In this document: piece after piece, positions 19,429-28,700 of the stretch
Layout: the number at the start of each line of letters is the position of its first letter
How positions within the stretch are numbered: the stretch's first letter is position 1
Source of the DNA: a virus
Lineage: Duplodnaviria; Caudoviricetes
Virus record (IMG/VR): IMGVR_UViG_3300033151_000729
Span: 1 to 60,589 of that record
DNA: 60,589 bases
Strand: one strand, 5' to 3'
The notes under the pieces: model-generated
The model's database searches: none
What the model was told of the DNA's origin: nothing
What the model saw: only the letters and a program-made list of their open reading frames with translations
Made by a program: the position numbers and the translations under genes

Positions 19429-19721
19429 TTTTTCACCTCATTAAACCGCCCCCGCAAAATCCCCGAAGGCTTAAAGGTAACCACCCTCCGAGCGTCTAGA
19501 ATCAGATCTTCCCCGGTTTGAGGATTTCGCCCCTTCCTGGGAGCCTTATCCTTCACGCTAAATTTACCAAAACCACTCAAGAGGAGATCGTCCCCGCTGA
19601 TCAGGGCCTCTTTTGCCGTGGTCAGGAAAACTTCCACGGCTGCCATAGACTGGGATCTAGTCAAGTGGGGGTGATTCTTGTAGATAGCCTGATCTAGATT
19701 TGATTTTGTTAATGTGGCCAT
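19419..19721 (-). CDS. ihfA: Integration host factor alpha-like subunit
   Basis: LTKSNL..LLSGFGKFSVKDK..RKGRNPQTG..RRVVTFKPS. Confidence 0.85.
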   Translation of the reverse strand: MATLTKSNLDQAIYKNHPHLTRSQSMAAVEVFLTTAKEALISGDDLLLSGFGKFSVKDKAPRKGRNPQTGEDLILDARRVVTFKPSGILRGRFNEVKKCR

Positions 19722-19930
19722 CAGTCTTCCTCCACGATTATCACCGGGACATCGTTAATATCCCTTGGTGCCGGTGCCGGTTCAGCCTCGTCATCCACTA
19801 TTAATACCTCAATCTTTATCACTGGTATTTCTGCTGCGGCAGATTCATCAGGCACGCAGGAGCACGCAATGATTGAAAATGCGGTAAAAATCCCTACGGC
19901 AAACAAAAAGTCCTTGGTCAAGTCGCTCAT
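19721..19930 (-). CDS. Small membrane/lipoprotein
   Basis: Hydrophobic N-terminus ending IIACSC; GGAGG RBS. Confidence 0.55.
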   Translation of the reverse strand: MSDLTKDFLFAVGIFTAFSIIACSCVPDESAAAEIPVIKIEVLIVDDEAEPAPAPRDINDVPVIIVEED

Positions 19931-20160
19931 TTCCCGTCCTCCTTGGGTCCTTGGTCTTTAGGTTCCTGTTTAGGCTCTTCCTCTTCCTGACTGTTAACAG
20001 ATGCTACAATACGCTTTGCAGCATCTCTGTATATCTGGTCAGTAGGGCCAGCTCCGCCGTTGACATCAGAAGAAGCCAAGGCCTCTCCGTAGATGATACC
20101 CAGCGCAAAGCCAGTGGCCATCAATATAAGTGTGGTTATAAGTTTCTTGATCATTTTCAC
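19927..20160 (-). CDS. Small membrane-anchored protein
   Basis: N-terminal TM, acidic tail. Confidence 0.55.
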   Translation of the reverse strand: MKMIKKLITTLILMATGFALGIIYGEALASSDVNGGAGPTDQIYRDAAKRIVASVNSQEEEEPKQEPKDQGPKEDGK

Positions 20161-20193
20161 TCGTTCCCGTGGCCCAAGTGGGCCTTTTGGTGG

Positions 20194-20763
20194 TTAAATC
20201 CGCCTCGCTATTCCATTACCCAGGCACTTCCGCTCCCATGTGCCCCCGCTTGCCATCCCGGCAAATCTGTCGGCCTGCCCCCTTGTCCTTACGCCGGTCA
20301 AGTCACCCCAGCCAGAGTCATCGCCATTTTCTCTCTGCGCCTCCCTTTTGACATTTGGGGACAGCACCTCCTTTGCCCCTATCGCCCCGCAAGTAAACAG
20401 TGGCAACCTGGTCCTGCCAACGTCACGACCAACTGTCTTTTTGACTTCTGGGCTGGTTATAACAAAACCCCCATGGATGCCAAACGTTCCACCCTTGGGG
20501 ATGCTTATCAGCCCCAGGGAACACATGTACCTAGCAGTTATAACGTCCTCTATGGCCGATTTAGCAGGATATTCATGCTTTTTCATCTGCCAAACCCGCC
20601 CAGATAGGTGGGATCCCAGCATGGCAACGCCAAGTATCTCATATACCCTTATCGCAATCTCCTGGTAAGAGAGCTCCTCTCCTTGGAGGGTCTTTTTTTT
20701 ACCCTTGACCCTGATGTCCAGGGCAGCGACCTGGTCAATTAGCTCCTGTGGTATTTTTGCCAC
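20194..20763 (-). CDS. Hypothetical protein (possible DNA-binding N-terminus)
   Basis: GAGGAGG RBS; LSYQEIA helix. Confidence 0.55.
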   Translation of the reverse strand: MAKIPQELIDQVAALDIRVKGKKKTLQGEELSYQEIAIRVYEILGVAMLGSHLSGRVWQMKKHEYPAKSAIEDVITARYMCSLGLISIPKGGTFGIHGGFVITSPEVKKTVGRDVGRTRLPLFTCGAIGAKEVLSPNVKREAQRENGDDSGWGDLTGVRTRGQADRFAGMASGGTWERKCLGNGIARRI

Positions 20764-21482
20764 TACCCCTCCTCGTCCAGGTTAGCAGCACCCTGGAGGT
20801 CAGGATACTGCCCCCGTGCCAGCATGATCAAAAATTCCCTGGTTTGTTGAGCTCCAGACTCAACGCGCAAAGCGTCCGCAGCCTCAGAAATAGCCGTGGT
20901 AAGCGCCGTTTTCCGCATGTTCTTGTCATCCTCCTTGTCAATCAGACAAAGAAACGAATAAAAATAACCTGCGGCCTGCTCGTCCATCTCAGTCAATGGC
21001 CGAGCCGATAAAACGCTGGCAGCATCACGGATCACGGATTCCATGCTCTCGGCTGCTTTTTTCGCATCATCCCATGACAAATTGTCATGGAAAACATGGT
21101 TATACATAGTGATACAAAACACCTCGCCGCCTGGGTCAGTGGCTTGGATACCTATCTTTGCGCAGATGTTATGCACAATCTCGTCTGCGGTAAAAAGCGG
21201 CGCAGATGCGAGCTTGCCGTCTGGTTGCAAACATGGACGGTGCGAATCCCCCCCAAACGACATTGTGCCTGAATTGGTGACCACCTCAATATCTCCCCGC
21301 TGCACAAAGATGCTCAGTGAATCCTGAATAACGACCTTCACCCTGTCGTTATTGTCAAAAAACACCTGATTAGTAGGGATGGACACCGCCGCCCTAGGGG
21401 CCGTTGCCAGTATCGCCAGTGCCTTAGTAACCGCTCTCTTCTTCATGCTTCGCTTCCACTTCTCAATCATTTTTCTTATCAT
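20763..21482 (-). CDS. Hypothetical protein
   Basis: 239-aa ORF in the leftward operon. Confidence 0.6.
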   Translation of the reverse strand: MIRKMIEKWKRSMKKRAVTKALAILATAPRAAVSIPTNQVFFDNNDRVKVVIQDSLSIFVQRGDIEVVTNSGTMSFGGDSHRPCLQPDGKLASAPLFTADEIVHNICAKIGIQATDPGGEVFCITMYNHVFHDNLSWDDAKKAAESMESVIRDAASVLSARPLTEMDEQAAGYFYSFLCLIDKEDDKNMRKTALTTAISEAADALRVESGAQQTREFLIMLARGQYPDLQGAANLDEEG

Positions 21483-21753
21483 TTTTACGGGGCCTCCCTC
21501 GCCCCTTGGTGTTTATTTCCGGGCAGATCCTTACGACCTCCCGCATGAACCCTATTGAGCTAAGTATAATTACCGGGTCTATCAATGCGCCCCGAGGTTC
21601 TGCGTTATTTTTACGGATGTCCCATATTGCAAGCATGTGGGCAACCTCGTAAGACTTTGTAGCACTGCAACCTCGCCGCTTGTACTTCTTGAACGTCTCA
21701 TAATTAATGCCGCTATCTAGTGCGGCCTGCTTCATTGTTTTTTTTTCCATCAC
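21463..21753 (-). CDS. Putative HTH DNA-binding protein with AT-hook-like GRGRPRK
   Basis: TMKQAALDSGINYETFKKY; AGGAG RBS. Confidence 0.5.
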   Translation of the reverse strand: MMEKKTMKQAALDSGINYETFKKYKRRGCSATKSYEVAHMLAIWDIRKNNAEPRGALIDPVIILSSIGFMREVVRICPEINTKGRGRPRKNDKKND

Positions 21754-21808
21754 TCTCCTTTCTTCTTAATCTGTCCCAGCGTGTGGCTAGTCCATCCGCT
21801 CGAAGAGG

Positions 21809-22101
21809 TTAAGATTGGATATGATTGTCGTGACTTTCCCGGTGCAGGATTTCGCTCATCCTCCCCTCTTCCTTGTCTCTACCCGCTGCAACCACAGCGG
21901 CAAACTCTTCTTCGTAGCTTCCGGCCTCCAGTAAAACGGAGGCCTTTGCAAGTATCTCGACGCACCTTGTATAACTATAGCAGCAGGATATCTCTCTAAC
22001 TAACCCCCCAATTTTGTTTTTAATTATATCACTACCTATTATTTCGCCGGCAGCCCAAATATCTTCCTTTTTCATTCTCGGTGCCATCTCAGCTTCTACC
22101 A
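21809..22101 (-). CDS. Hypothetical protein (start likely ATG of MVEAEM, at about 22102)
   Basis: The TTG-start extension overlaps the leftward promoter. Confidence 0.5.
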
Positions 22102-22150
22102 TAATTTTTTCCCGTGTTTTATTATTTCTTATCTCGATCGGTATGCCTGA

Positions 22151-22310
22151 ACAATAGCCCCCCTGTTTATCAAAGTCAAGCAAAAAGTTTTAGTATACAA
22201 CTTTTATTTTAAACGCAAAGCCATCTGGTTATATACAGATAGAGTGCTTTTTTAATAAATAGTTGCAAAATGAAACTTTTAATTGACACCACCGGCCAAT
22301 CGGTTAAGAT
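22151..22310. promoter_or_regulatory. Divergent sigma70 promoters in an AT-rich spacer
   Basis: Minus TTGACT-17-TATTGT (22151-22179); plus TTGACA-16-TAAGAT (22283-22310). Confidence 0.6.
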
Positions 22311-22363
22311 GGATTTATTGGCAGGTTGTTTTAAGCCTTAAAATTCCAGGAGACGAAAAAGAC

Positions 22364-22684
22364 ATGAAGGAAAATACAAAGAAGCTAAGGCGGCGTGCGA
22401 ACAACAGCTCGAAAGATAGATTCTTCAACTCTCTGTCAGTTTTGGAGAGTGATGAAATACTTGAGGATATAATCCTGACACTTAAGCCCGGGCATTACAA
22501 CGTAACGGGCGATTATGAAAACACTATTGACCATTTCATTATAGACAAGTTCGGGGTCTACGCCTGGGCGTGGTGCAGCGAAAAAATAATAAGAGGGTTA
22601 GCGATAAGATATCCAGATAAAATCCAGATATGCTTTACACACGGTCTACAGCAATTCACCGTCACAAAGGTTAGAAAATACTAA
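22364..22684 (+). CDS. Hypothetical protein
   Basis: AGGAG then ATG 22364; the listed TTG start is the -35 box. Confidence 0.55.
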   Translation: MKENTKKLRRRANNSSKDRFFNSLSVLESDEILEDIILTLKPGHYNVTGDYENTIDHFIIDKFGVYAWAWCSEKIIRGLAIRYPDKIQICFTHGLQQFTVTKVRKY

Positions 22685-22788
22685 CCTTTGTGAGCCGTAA
22701 CCAAAAGCCGGGGTAACCCGGCCCACAAACCCAAGGTTACCATTATGGCAATCTTGGATTTGCGGTAAAATTCAGCTAGGGGAACGAT

Positions 22789-23628
22789 ATGGCACAAGGA
22801 AAGATTGATAACGTAAAGAAAGCAGAAGTCCACGTTACCGATCAGGATAATGTGGAGATTTTCGGCGGGAAACTGCCGACCAAGAAACAAGGATTCTGTT
22901 TCATTGCCCGTACAATATACGGGATCAAGAGAAGCGGGAATAACTACACCGGACTGGTCGCCAGGCGTGGAAAATCAGCCATGAAGGTTAGCTCCTCTAA
23001 TCTTACAGACTGGGATATTGACACTCAAAAGGAGCAGCCCATGACATTACCTGACCACCCGGCCCAGCCACCAGAAGACGAAAAGCAAAACACCTGCCCA
23101 CAGTGCAAGTCGGAGGCGGTTAACCTTGACGACCATTTTAAGTGCGATTCTGTGTTTTGTCAGGCTGAGTTTATCGAGACCGGCACGGGGCCGGAGTTGG
23201 CCCCAGGGGAGTTTGAGGTAGGCCGGGAGTTTGAGGCCTATTGGATGGAAAGCAAGCACGAAATGCATGCAACCGTCCGCATCTTGTCCAGATTTGAGGA
23301 CAATATGACGATAGAGATAAACGGGGCAGAGGTTGCGGGTGTGGAGGTGTACGCAAGCGGATCAGCGGAGGCATTCCGCAATCCTAGTAATGAAAGGGCC
23401 TGGATACACCCATGGAACAAGCGGGAACTGCACATCAAGTGCAACCCCCTGCAAAGATCCGCACTAAAAGCCCATGCGAACACCAGGAGTTGGCCATTGA
23501 GACGTAGCCCGGACCAGGTCAAGGCTATGGCAAATTATCCATGGAGCAGTATCATCGGCATGCTGGCGGCCAGCGTCCTGAATGATTTGCGCAACGATCC
23601 CGGCCATGATGAGGTGGTGTTTTGGTGA
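22789..23628 (+). CDS. Hypothetical protein with zinc ribbon
   Basis: CPQC...CDSVFC. Confidence 0.55.
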   Translation: MAQGKIDNVKKAEVHVTDQDNVEIFGGKLPTKKQGFCFIARTIYGIKRSGNNYTGLVARRGKSAMKVSSSNLTDWDIDTQKEQPMTLPDHPAQPPEDEKQNTCPQCKSEAVNLDDHFKCDSVFCQAEFIETGTGPELAPGEFEVGREFEAYWMESKHEMHATVRILSRFEDNMTIEINGAEVAGVEVYASGSAEAFRNPSNERAWIHPWNKRELHIKCNPLQRSALKAHANTRSWPLRRSPDQVKAMANYPWSSIIGMLAASVLNDLRNDPGHDEVVFW

Positions 23629-23987
23629 GGCGAAACAAGTACGGTGCAAAAAAGATCGTTATAAACGACCACACCTTTGCCAGCAAGGCGGAGGTCAGGC
23701 GGTATTGGGAACTCCTGCTACTGGAAAAAGCAGGTGAAATAACCGGACTGGAACTCCATCCATCATACAAAATCAGCAAGGGCGGGGCAATCGACCCGGT
23801 CACTGGGCGCAAGATGCCAGCGGCAAAATATACCGCTGATTTTCGGTACTATGATAAGGAGGAGGGTTTAGTGGTTGAAGAAGTGAAATCAAAGCCCACG
23901 GCCCGTGAAACCTCGTACCGACTCAGGAGGAAGCTTTTCCTTGAGCAGTATGGTGAGGATCTTAATTTTGTAGAAACGATATATTAA
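23622..23987 (+). CDS. DUF1064-family PD-(D/E)xK nuclease
   Basis: NKYGAKK..FASKAEVRRY..YTADFRY..VEEVKS..YRLRRKLF. Confidence 0.85.
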   Translation: MVRRNKYGAKKIVINDHTFASKAEVRRYWELLLLEKAGEITGLELHPSYKISKGGAIDPVTGRKMPAAKYTADFRYYDKEEGLVVEEVKSKPTARETSYRLRRKLFLEQYGEDLNFVETIY

Positions 23988-23996
23988 GGGGATAAC

Positions 23997-24272
23997 ATGC
24001 CGGCACAAACCAACACCACGCCAACCACCAGAGAGATCCAAGGAGTTTTATGCAGTTTCTTCCGGGCCAGATCAGTCCCGGAAAAGATTGAGACAACCCA
24101 AGCCCCGCTATCCGAGCAGATAACCGGGGCCAGAGTCAGGCTGTACCGTGCTGGTCGATGCGGCCTCTGGGCGTTTGGGGCATCACCACGGCAGGCTAGA
24201 CGACATCTCCGGATCATTGAGATGAACCGGGGACGGTGGTCATTATGCCCAACCTGTGGAGAGGAAAAATGA
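23997..24272 (+). CDS. Hypothetical protein
   Basis: AAGGGG RBS; C-terminal CPTC. Confidence 0.45.
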   Translation: MPAQTNTTPTTREIQGVLCSFFRARSVPEKIETTQAPLSEQITGARVRLYRAGRCGLWAFGASPRQARRHLRIIEMNRGRWSLCPTCGEEK

Positions 24273-24577
24273 ATAAACACGAATACAAGGTTAAATTAGA
24301 GGCAATAAAGCGAGAGGCCTCTGAAGCAGAAAGAGCACTGATGACCGAATATGCGACCTCTAATTCCACGGTAAAGATTGGCGATATAGTAGACGACACC
24401 CTGGACAGGGTAAAAGTGGACACCATAGAAACCTACCTGCCATCTGTCGCTAACCCGCACCCGTCATGCGTGTATTCTGGTGTCAAATACACCAGAAGTT
24501 TGAAGCCATTTAAGAACGGCGAGAGGATAAGGATTTTTCAGAACAATATGACCAGTACCATTAAGGGGAATATATGA
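24269..24577 (+). CDS. Hypothetical protein, paralogue of the C-half of 37304..37813
   Basis: Shared SN..VKIGDIV..PSC.YSG.KYT..KP.KNG. Confidence 0.6.
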   Translation: MNKHEYKVKLEAIKREASEAERALMTEYATSNSTVKIGDIVDDTLDRVKVDTIETYLPSVANPHPSCVYSGVKYTRSLKPFKNGERIRIFQNNMTSTIKGNI

Positions 24578-24756
24578 CAGCGGCAGGATTGATCAAGAAG
24601 TTACAGAAGTGCAACCCGAGAGCAAAGGTATCCGTAAGGGACACAGAAGGTTTCCATGGAAAAGTAGTTATGGTTATAGCGGACAGCAAGAGTGCCTGCA
24701 TCGAGTCGGTAGATGTCCCGGCTCACTATGTCCTTGATGACTGGGAAGAGGTTTGA
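24574..24756 (+). CDS. Small hypothetical protein
   Basis: MTAAGLIKKLQKCNPRAKV is a common phage small-protein start. Confidence 0.55.
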   Translation: MTAAGLIKKLQKCNPRAKVSVRDTEGFHGKVVMVIADSKSACIESVDVPAHYVLDDWEEV

Positions 24757-24810
24757 CCTCAAAAACCTATAAAAATTAACCTGCCCGCGCATCGGGCCAA
24801 CGAGGAGAAT

Positions 24811-25656
24811 ATGAGCAAGAAAGAGGCTGGCAGCACTGATACTACCATTGCAGAAGTAAAGGTCAAGGGGCTTGCGTTACTGCGAAAACCCTTTGAGCAG
24901 AAGCACATCAACCGCCTTCCGAAGCCAGCAAAGTGGCAGACTGATGCCCTGAAGGCCAATAAAAAACTCGGCATCAAATGCAAGCAATGCGGCGGATGGC
25001 ACCATAAAGACGTTGTCCATCTGGACTATGTAGGCCACGCTGCCTTGACAAGCAGACTACTAGACGCTGACCCCGACTGGAACTGGGAACCACTAGCAAA
25101 GACCCCCGAAGGTCTACCGCTATTTGACTCAGCTGGTGGGCTCTGGATTAAGATTACGATCCTTGGTGTCACCCGTATGGGCTACGGGTCTGCCGATGGG
25201 AAGAAAGGCGGGGATGCCGTGAAAGAGGTGATTGGTGATGCTCTGCGAAACGGCGGGATGCGATTTGGGGCTGCGCTTGACCTCTGGCACAAGGGGCAGG
25301 AGCCTCTTTACCATGAGGAGCAACCGGATACTGACCTAGAACCCAAGACAGCAGAGGGACAAGCAGCGCCTAGCAGCGAAAAGAAGAAAAAAAAGGAACA
25401 GTCTGGGAAAGAACAGCTGACCCCAGAAAACAAGCAACGGTGGTTCGTTGCCATGCACCGGTTCCAGGAAAATGAGTTCGAAAAGGTCACTGCTCACGTT
25501 TCGGTTAGTGCTAAAACAAAGGCTTTGTTGGAAAAAGACGCACTAAAGCCGCATATATACAAGTGCCCAGAACTCGACGGGCAGGAAGTTGGGCTAGTGG
25601 AGTGCGGCATCTCCTGCCCAACATCCAAATTTAACGGATGCCCGGTGCATAACTAA
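24811..25656 (+). CDS. Rad52/Sak-like ssDNA annealing protein
   Basis: HLDYVGHAALTSRLLDADPDWNWEP..KEVIGDALRNGGMRFGAALDLW; next to an exonuclease. Confidence 0.75.
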   Translation: MSKKEAGSTDTTIAEVKVKGLALLRKPFEQKHINRLPKPAKWQTDALKANKKLGIKCKQCGGWHHKDVVHLDYVGHAALTSRLLDADPDWNWEPLAKTPEGLPLFDSAGGLWIKITILGVTRMGYGSADGKKGGDAVKEVIGDALRNGGMRFGAALDLWHKGQEPLYHEEQPDTDLEPKTAEGQAAPSSEKKKKKEQSGKEQLTPENKQRWFVAMHRFQENEFEKVTAHVSVSAKTKALLEKDALKPHIYKCPELDGQEVGLVECGISCPTSKFNGCPVHN

Positions 25657-26291
25657 TGCCCTGGCTCAGTATTAAACAAAAATCCCCAGAATGGTGGCAA
25701 GCCAGACTGGGGAAAGTAACCGGATCAACCATTGCCTGCGTCATGGCCAATTACGGCAAACCGTTCGGGAACCCTGCCAGAAAGTTAGCGAGGAAATTGG
25801 CCAAGGAGATCGTTACCGGCGTACCGATAATTGAGGATGGGTTCGCCAACGCCCACATGACCAGGGGGGTAATTGAGGAGCCACTAGCAATTGCCCTTTA
25901 TGAACAGCAGCGCATGGATATTATAGAGCCTGGCGGGTTCTACGATTGCGGAATATATGGGGCCAGCCCGGACGGGAGATCCCTTCCAGGTGGAGTAATC
26001 GAAGCAAAATCTGCCATACTATCAATGCACCAAAAGCGGCTTAAACGGACGGGGCCTGATCCATCGTACAAGTGGCAACGGTGCCTTGAGTTAATGGCCG
26101 CAAACGAGTGCGAGGGGACTGAGTGGCTGGATTTTATGTCTTATTGCTCTGAGCTTGAAGGCGACGACCGGCTGAAGGTGTGGCGGATAAACCTTTGCGA
26201 CATTGAGGAAGACATATCCAAGGCTTACATCAGGTTAGGCAAATTTAAGGAGCTGCTTGATGATGAAGTTGAGGAGGTACGGTGGCGATGA
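25656..26291 (+). CDS. YqaJ / lambda-exonuclease family
   Basis: QKSPEWWQARLGKVTGS, GASPDG, IEAK. Confidence 0.9.
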   Translation: MPWLSIKQKSPEWWQARLGKVTGSTIACVMANYGKPFGNPARKLARKLAKEIVTGVPIIEDGFANAHMTRGVIEEPLAIALYEQQRMDIIEPGGFYDCGIYGASPDGRSLPGGVIEAKSAILSMHQKRLKRTGPDPSYKWQRCLELMAANECEGTEWLDFMSYCSELEGDDRLKVWRINLCDIEEDISKAYIRLGKFKELLDDEVEEVRWR

Positions 26292-26442
26292 GACCATGCA
26301 AGGCATTTCCGACCGGCGCAGACATGAAAGAGCCAAGAAACGCAGAATGGTGCGAACAAAACATGCACCGGTCGATGTGCCAAAAATGCGGAAGATTTCC
26401 GGCTGATGGGCCGGAAGTCTCTGTTTACCAGAGGAAAACGAG

Positions 26443-26625
26443 ATGCACAAGGAAAAAATAGAAGCAGCGGCAAAGGCTCTGTGGGAATCAGATTCCCACG
26501 GGCTCCTTGAAAGAACAGGGCACCAGACAGACTACGAGTCAACGCCCGAAATAATCAAAATAGGACTGAGGCGAAAGGTCAGAATCGTACTGGAGGCAAT
26601 GGGGATCAAAAAGGATAATAGCTGA
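26443..26625 (+). CDS. Small hypothetical protein
   Basis: GAGG RBS; IEAAAKALWE. Confidence 0.5.
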   Translation: MHKEKIEAAAKALWESDSHGLLERTGHQTDYESTPEIIKIGLRRKVRIVLEAMGIKKDNS

Positions 26626-26678
26626 ACATTGGCCAGAGCTGGCCGGATTGATCGGGCTGATAATCTCAGCCATTTTTG

Positions 26679-26726
26679 AACTAAAAAGCCGGACTCCAAA
26701 GAGCCACCGGCCACGGGAACGAACTG
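26679..26726 (+). repeat. ~46-bp direct repeat, copy 1 (copy 2 at 27587-27632), bracketing rha
   Basis: AACTAAAAAGCCGGACTCCAAAGAGCC is exact over 27 bp, then near-identical CGGCCACGGGA.CGA.CTG. Confidence 0.85.
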
Positions 26727-26763
26727 GATCTTAATTCTTAATCATCGCTGCTAACCGTAGTTG

Positions 26764-26795
26764 AGCCCCTTCTTTTGGAGTTGGGGCTTTTTTTT
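26764..26795 (+). terminator. Rho-independent terminator
   Basis: AGCCCC...GGGGCT plus T run. Confidence 0.75.
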
Positions 26796-26836
26796 ATCAA
26801 ATTTCACTGAATTGTTTTCCAATCACGCTTTACTGA

Positions 26837-26865
26837 TTGACTCCTACCTAAGAGAGGGTTACAAT
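26837..26865 (+). promoter_or_regulatory. Sigma70 promoter of rha
   Basis: TTGACT-17-TACAAT. Confidence 0.7.
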
Positions 26866-26903
26866 ACTACCAGTATAACATTAACCCTCAATGAAGGAAA
26901 AAT

Positions 26904-27650
26904 ATGGAATTGGTAATAGCAAAAAGCGGCAGCGTATTTTGCGACAGCAAGATGGTTGCGAAAAAATTCAACATGAAACATGCATACGTGGTGCGTACCA
27001 TTATTCAAGTGGCGGATGATATTTCAGACATCAGGGTGATTGGTTATCACCCTGATTTTTTCCCTGAAAAACGTGAATATCAGGGGCAGGATTACACTGC
27101 CTACCTGATGAACAGGGATTTCTTTTCGGCGTTGGTAATGAGGTTCAGAGGCAAGGGTGCCCTGAAATGGCAGCTTACTTTTATAGCAGCGTTTAACGCT
27201 ATGGAACAGCGTCTACTCCTTGGTACCACCAACAAGACTGACCAGCAGTGGATTGGGCAGCGTGAGCAAAGTAAGTTGGCCAGAAAAGAAGAAACGGACG
27301 TGATTAAGGAATTCGTTGAATACGCAACTGAGCAAGGGAGCAAATCGGCTAAATTTTACTATAAACATATCACTAACGCTGCATACAAAGCGCTGGATCT
27401 AATGGCAGCTAAAAAGCCAAAGCTTAGGGATACTCTCGACCTATATCAGCTTGCAGAGTTAACCTTGATAGAGAGGGAAGCAAGAGCGAAACTGAAGCTA
27501 TACATGGATCTTGGTCGCCACTACAAGGATATTTATTCATCCGTTAAGGATGATCTTCTCAGATATGGATCTGGGCTGCGCCTTGAAACTAAAAAGCCGG
27601 ACTCCAAAGAGCCCGGCCACGGGAGCGAGCTGAAGGGAGTCAGGTCGTAA
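26904..27650 (+). CDS. rha: Rha-family regulatory protein
   Basis: DSKMVAKKFNMKHAYVVRTI..YLMNRDFF..FRGKGALKW..FIAAFNAME. Confidence 0.9.
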   Translation: MELVIAKSGSVFCDSKMVAKKFNMKHAYVVRTIIQVADDISDIRVIGYHPDFFPEKREYQGQDYTAYLMNRDFFSALVMRFRGKGALKWQLTFIAAFNAMEQRLLLGTTNKTDQQWIGQREQSKLARKEETDVIKEFVEYATEQGSKSAKFYYKHITNAAYKALDLMAAKKPKLRDTLDLYQLAELTLIEREARAKLKLYMDLGRHYKDIYSSVKDDLLRYGSGLRLETKKPDSKEPGHGSELKGVRS

Positions 27651-27757
27651 TATGTAAAGCCTCGGTCATTTGGCCGGGGCATTTTTGGCAAACCCGACCC
27701 CACGACGGGGCCGGTTGCATGAAGTAAATTTGAAACCTTTGAGAGAGTATATTACCA

Positions 27758-28203
27758 TGAGCATAGCAGATGTGCAAGCAACAGTTATCCTCAGTATTGC
27801 CACGGCATCAGTAATCACGATAGCCGAAAACGACATGGCAGGAGATGCAGGTCCAGTTATCCTCTACGCTGCGGAAGCGTGGAAAGGATCGGTTGCGGCT
27901 TGGCCAGAAACTGGAAACTGGGTAAAGAATACCCGGAAGGCAGCGGTAATCTGCAAGGATCTTACGGCCACGCTGGAAGGGGCTGCGGATCTCGGGCCGT
28001 GCCTCTTGATTATGCTGGCCCAGGCGGTCTTAATTAACCTGCGGGATAAAATCAAGAGCCCGGTGAAAATCGGTATCCTTGATGAACTACTGGAATCGGT
28101 CAACTCGGCTTTGGATATTTTTGACCCAGATGAAAAAGATTTGACCTCTAGAGCTGAAGCTGATCGTCTTTGTGGATTGATAAATAAGAGGATTAGAGCA
28201 TGA
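27758..28203 (+). CDS. Hypothetical helical protein
   Basis: ATG 27758 (MSIADVQ) is a more plausible start than TTG 27670. Confidence 0.55.
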
Positions 28204-28505
28204 AAAAAGCTAAAAAACAGCACTCCGCCACCCAGCGGGTGGTTAACTCCAGAGAAATCAGGGGAAGCATGACCCGCCAGGAGCTCGCAGAAGTGCTATC
28301 GATCGGCACCGGCAGGGTAAGTAAAAGGTCAGTGGAGAACTGGGAACTCGGCAAGCGGAAGCCATCCGGGACATCAGAATCTCTTCTTTGCCTGGTCCAG
28401 ATGATCTTTGAAAAGGGAAAGGTTACCAGAGAGGAGCTAATCGGAGATATTGTGCTCATGGAGGACATCGGAGACGACCTGACCAGGGGCCTTGTCGGTC
28501 TCTGA
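28200..28505 (+). CDS. XRE-family HTH regulator
   Basis: MTRQELAEVL..SKRSVENWELGKRKPSG. Confidence 0.85.
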   Translation: MKKAKKQHSATQRVVNSREIRGSMTRQELAEVLSIGTGRVSKRSVENWELGKRKPSGTSESLLCLVQMIFEKGKVTREELIGDIVLMEDIGDDLTRGLVGL

Positions 28506-28529
28506 ATTTGTTTGACAGGAAACAAGAAA

Positions 28530-28574
28530 TAATCCCCAAAGACGACCAATGAACGGTTATCTTTGGGGATTTTT
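28530..28574. terminator. Hairpin terminator between convergent operons
   Basis: AATCCCCAAAGA...TCTTTGGGGATT plus T run. Confidence 0.65.
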
Positions 28575-28700
28575 AATTGATTGGGTTTTGATTATTCCTC
28601 CCCTGGCGGGTGCCCAACCTCACCCCACGCGGCAAAATTAGTATCATCAATCTCGTAAACCTCTTTTTCCTGCGCTTCAGCTCGTCTAATTTTCTAGCCA

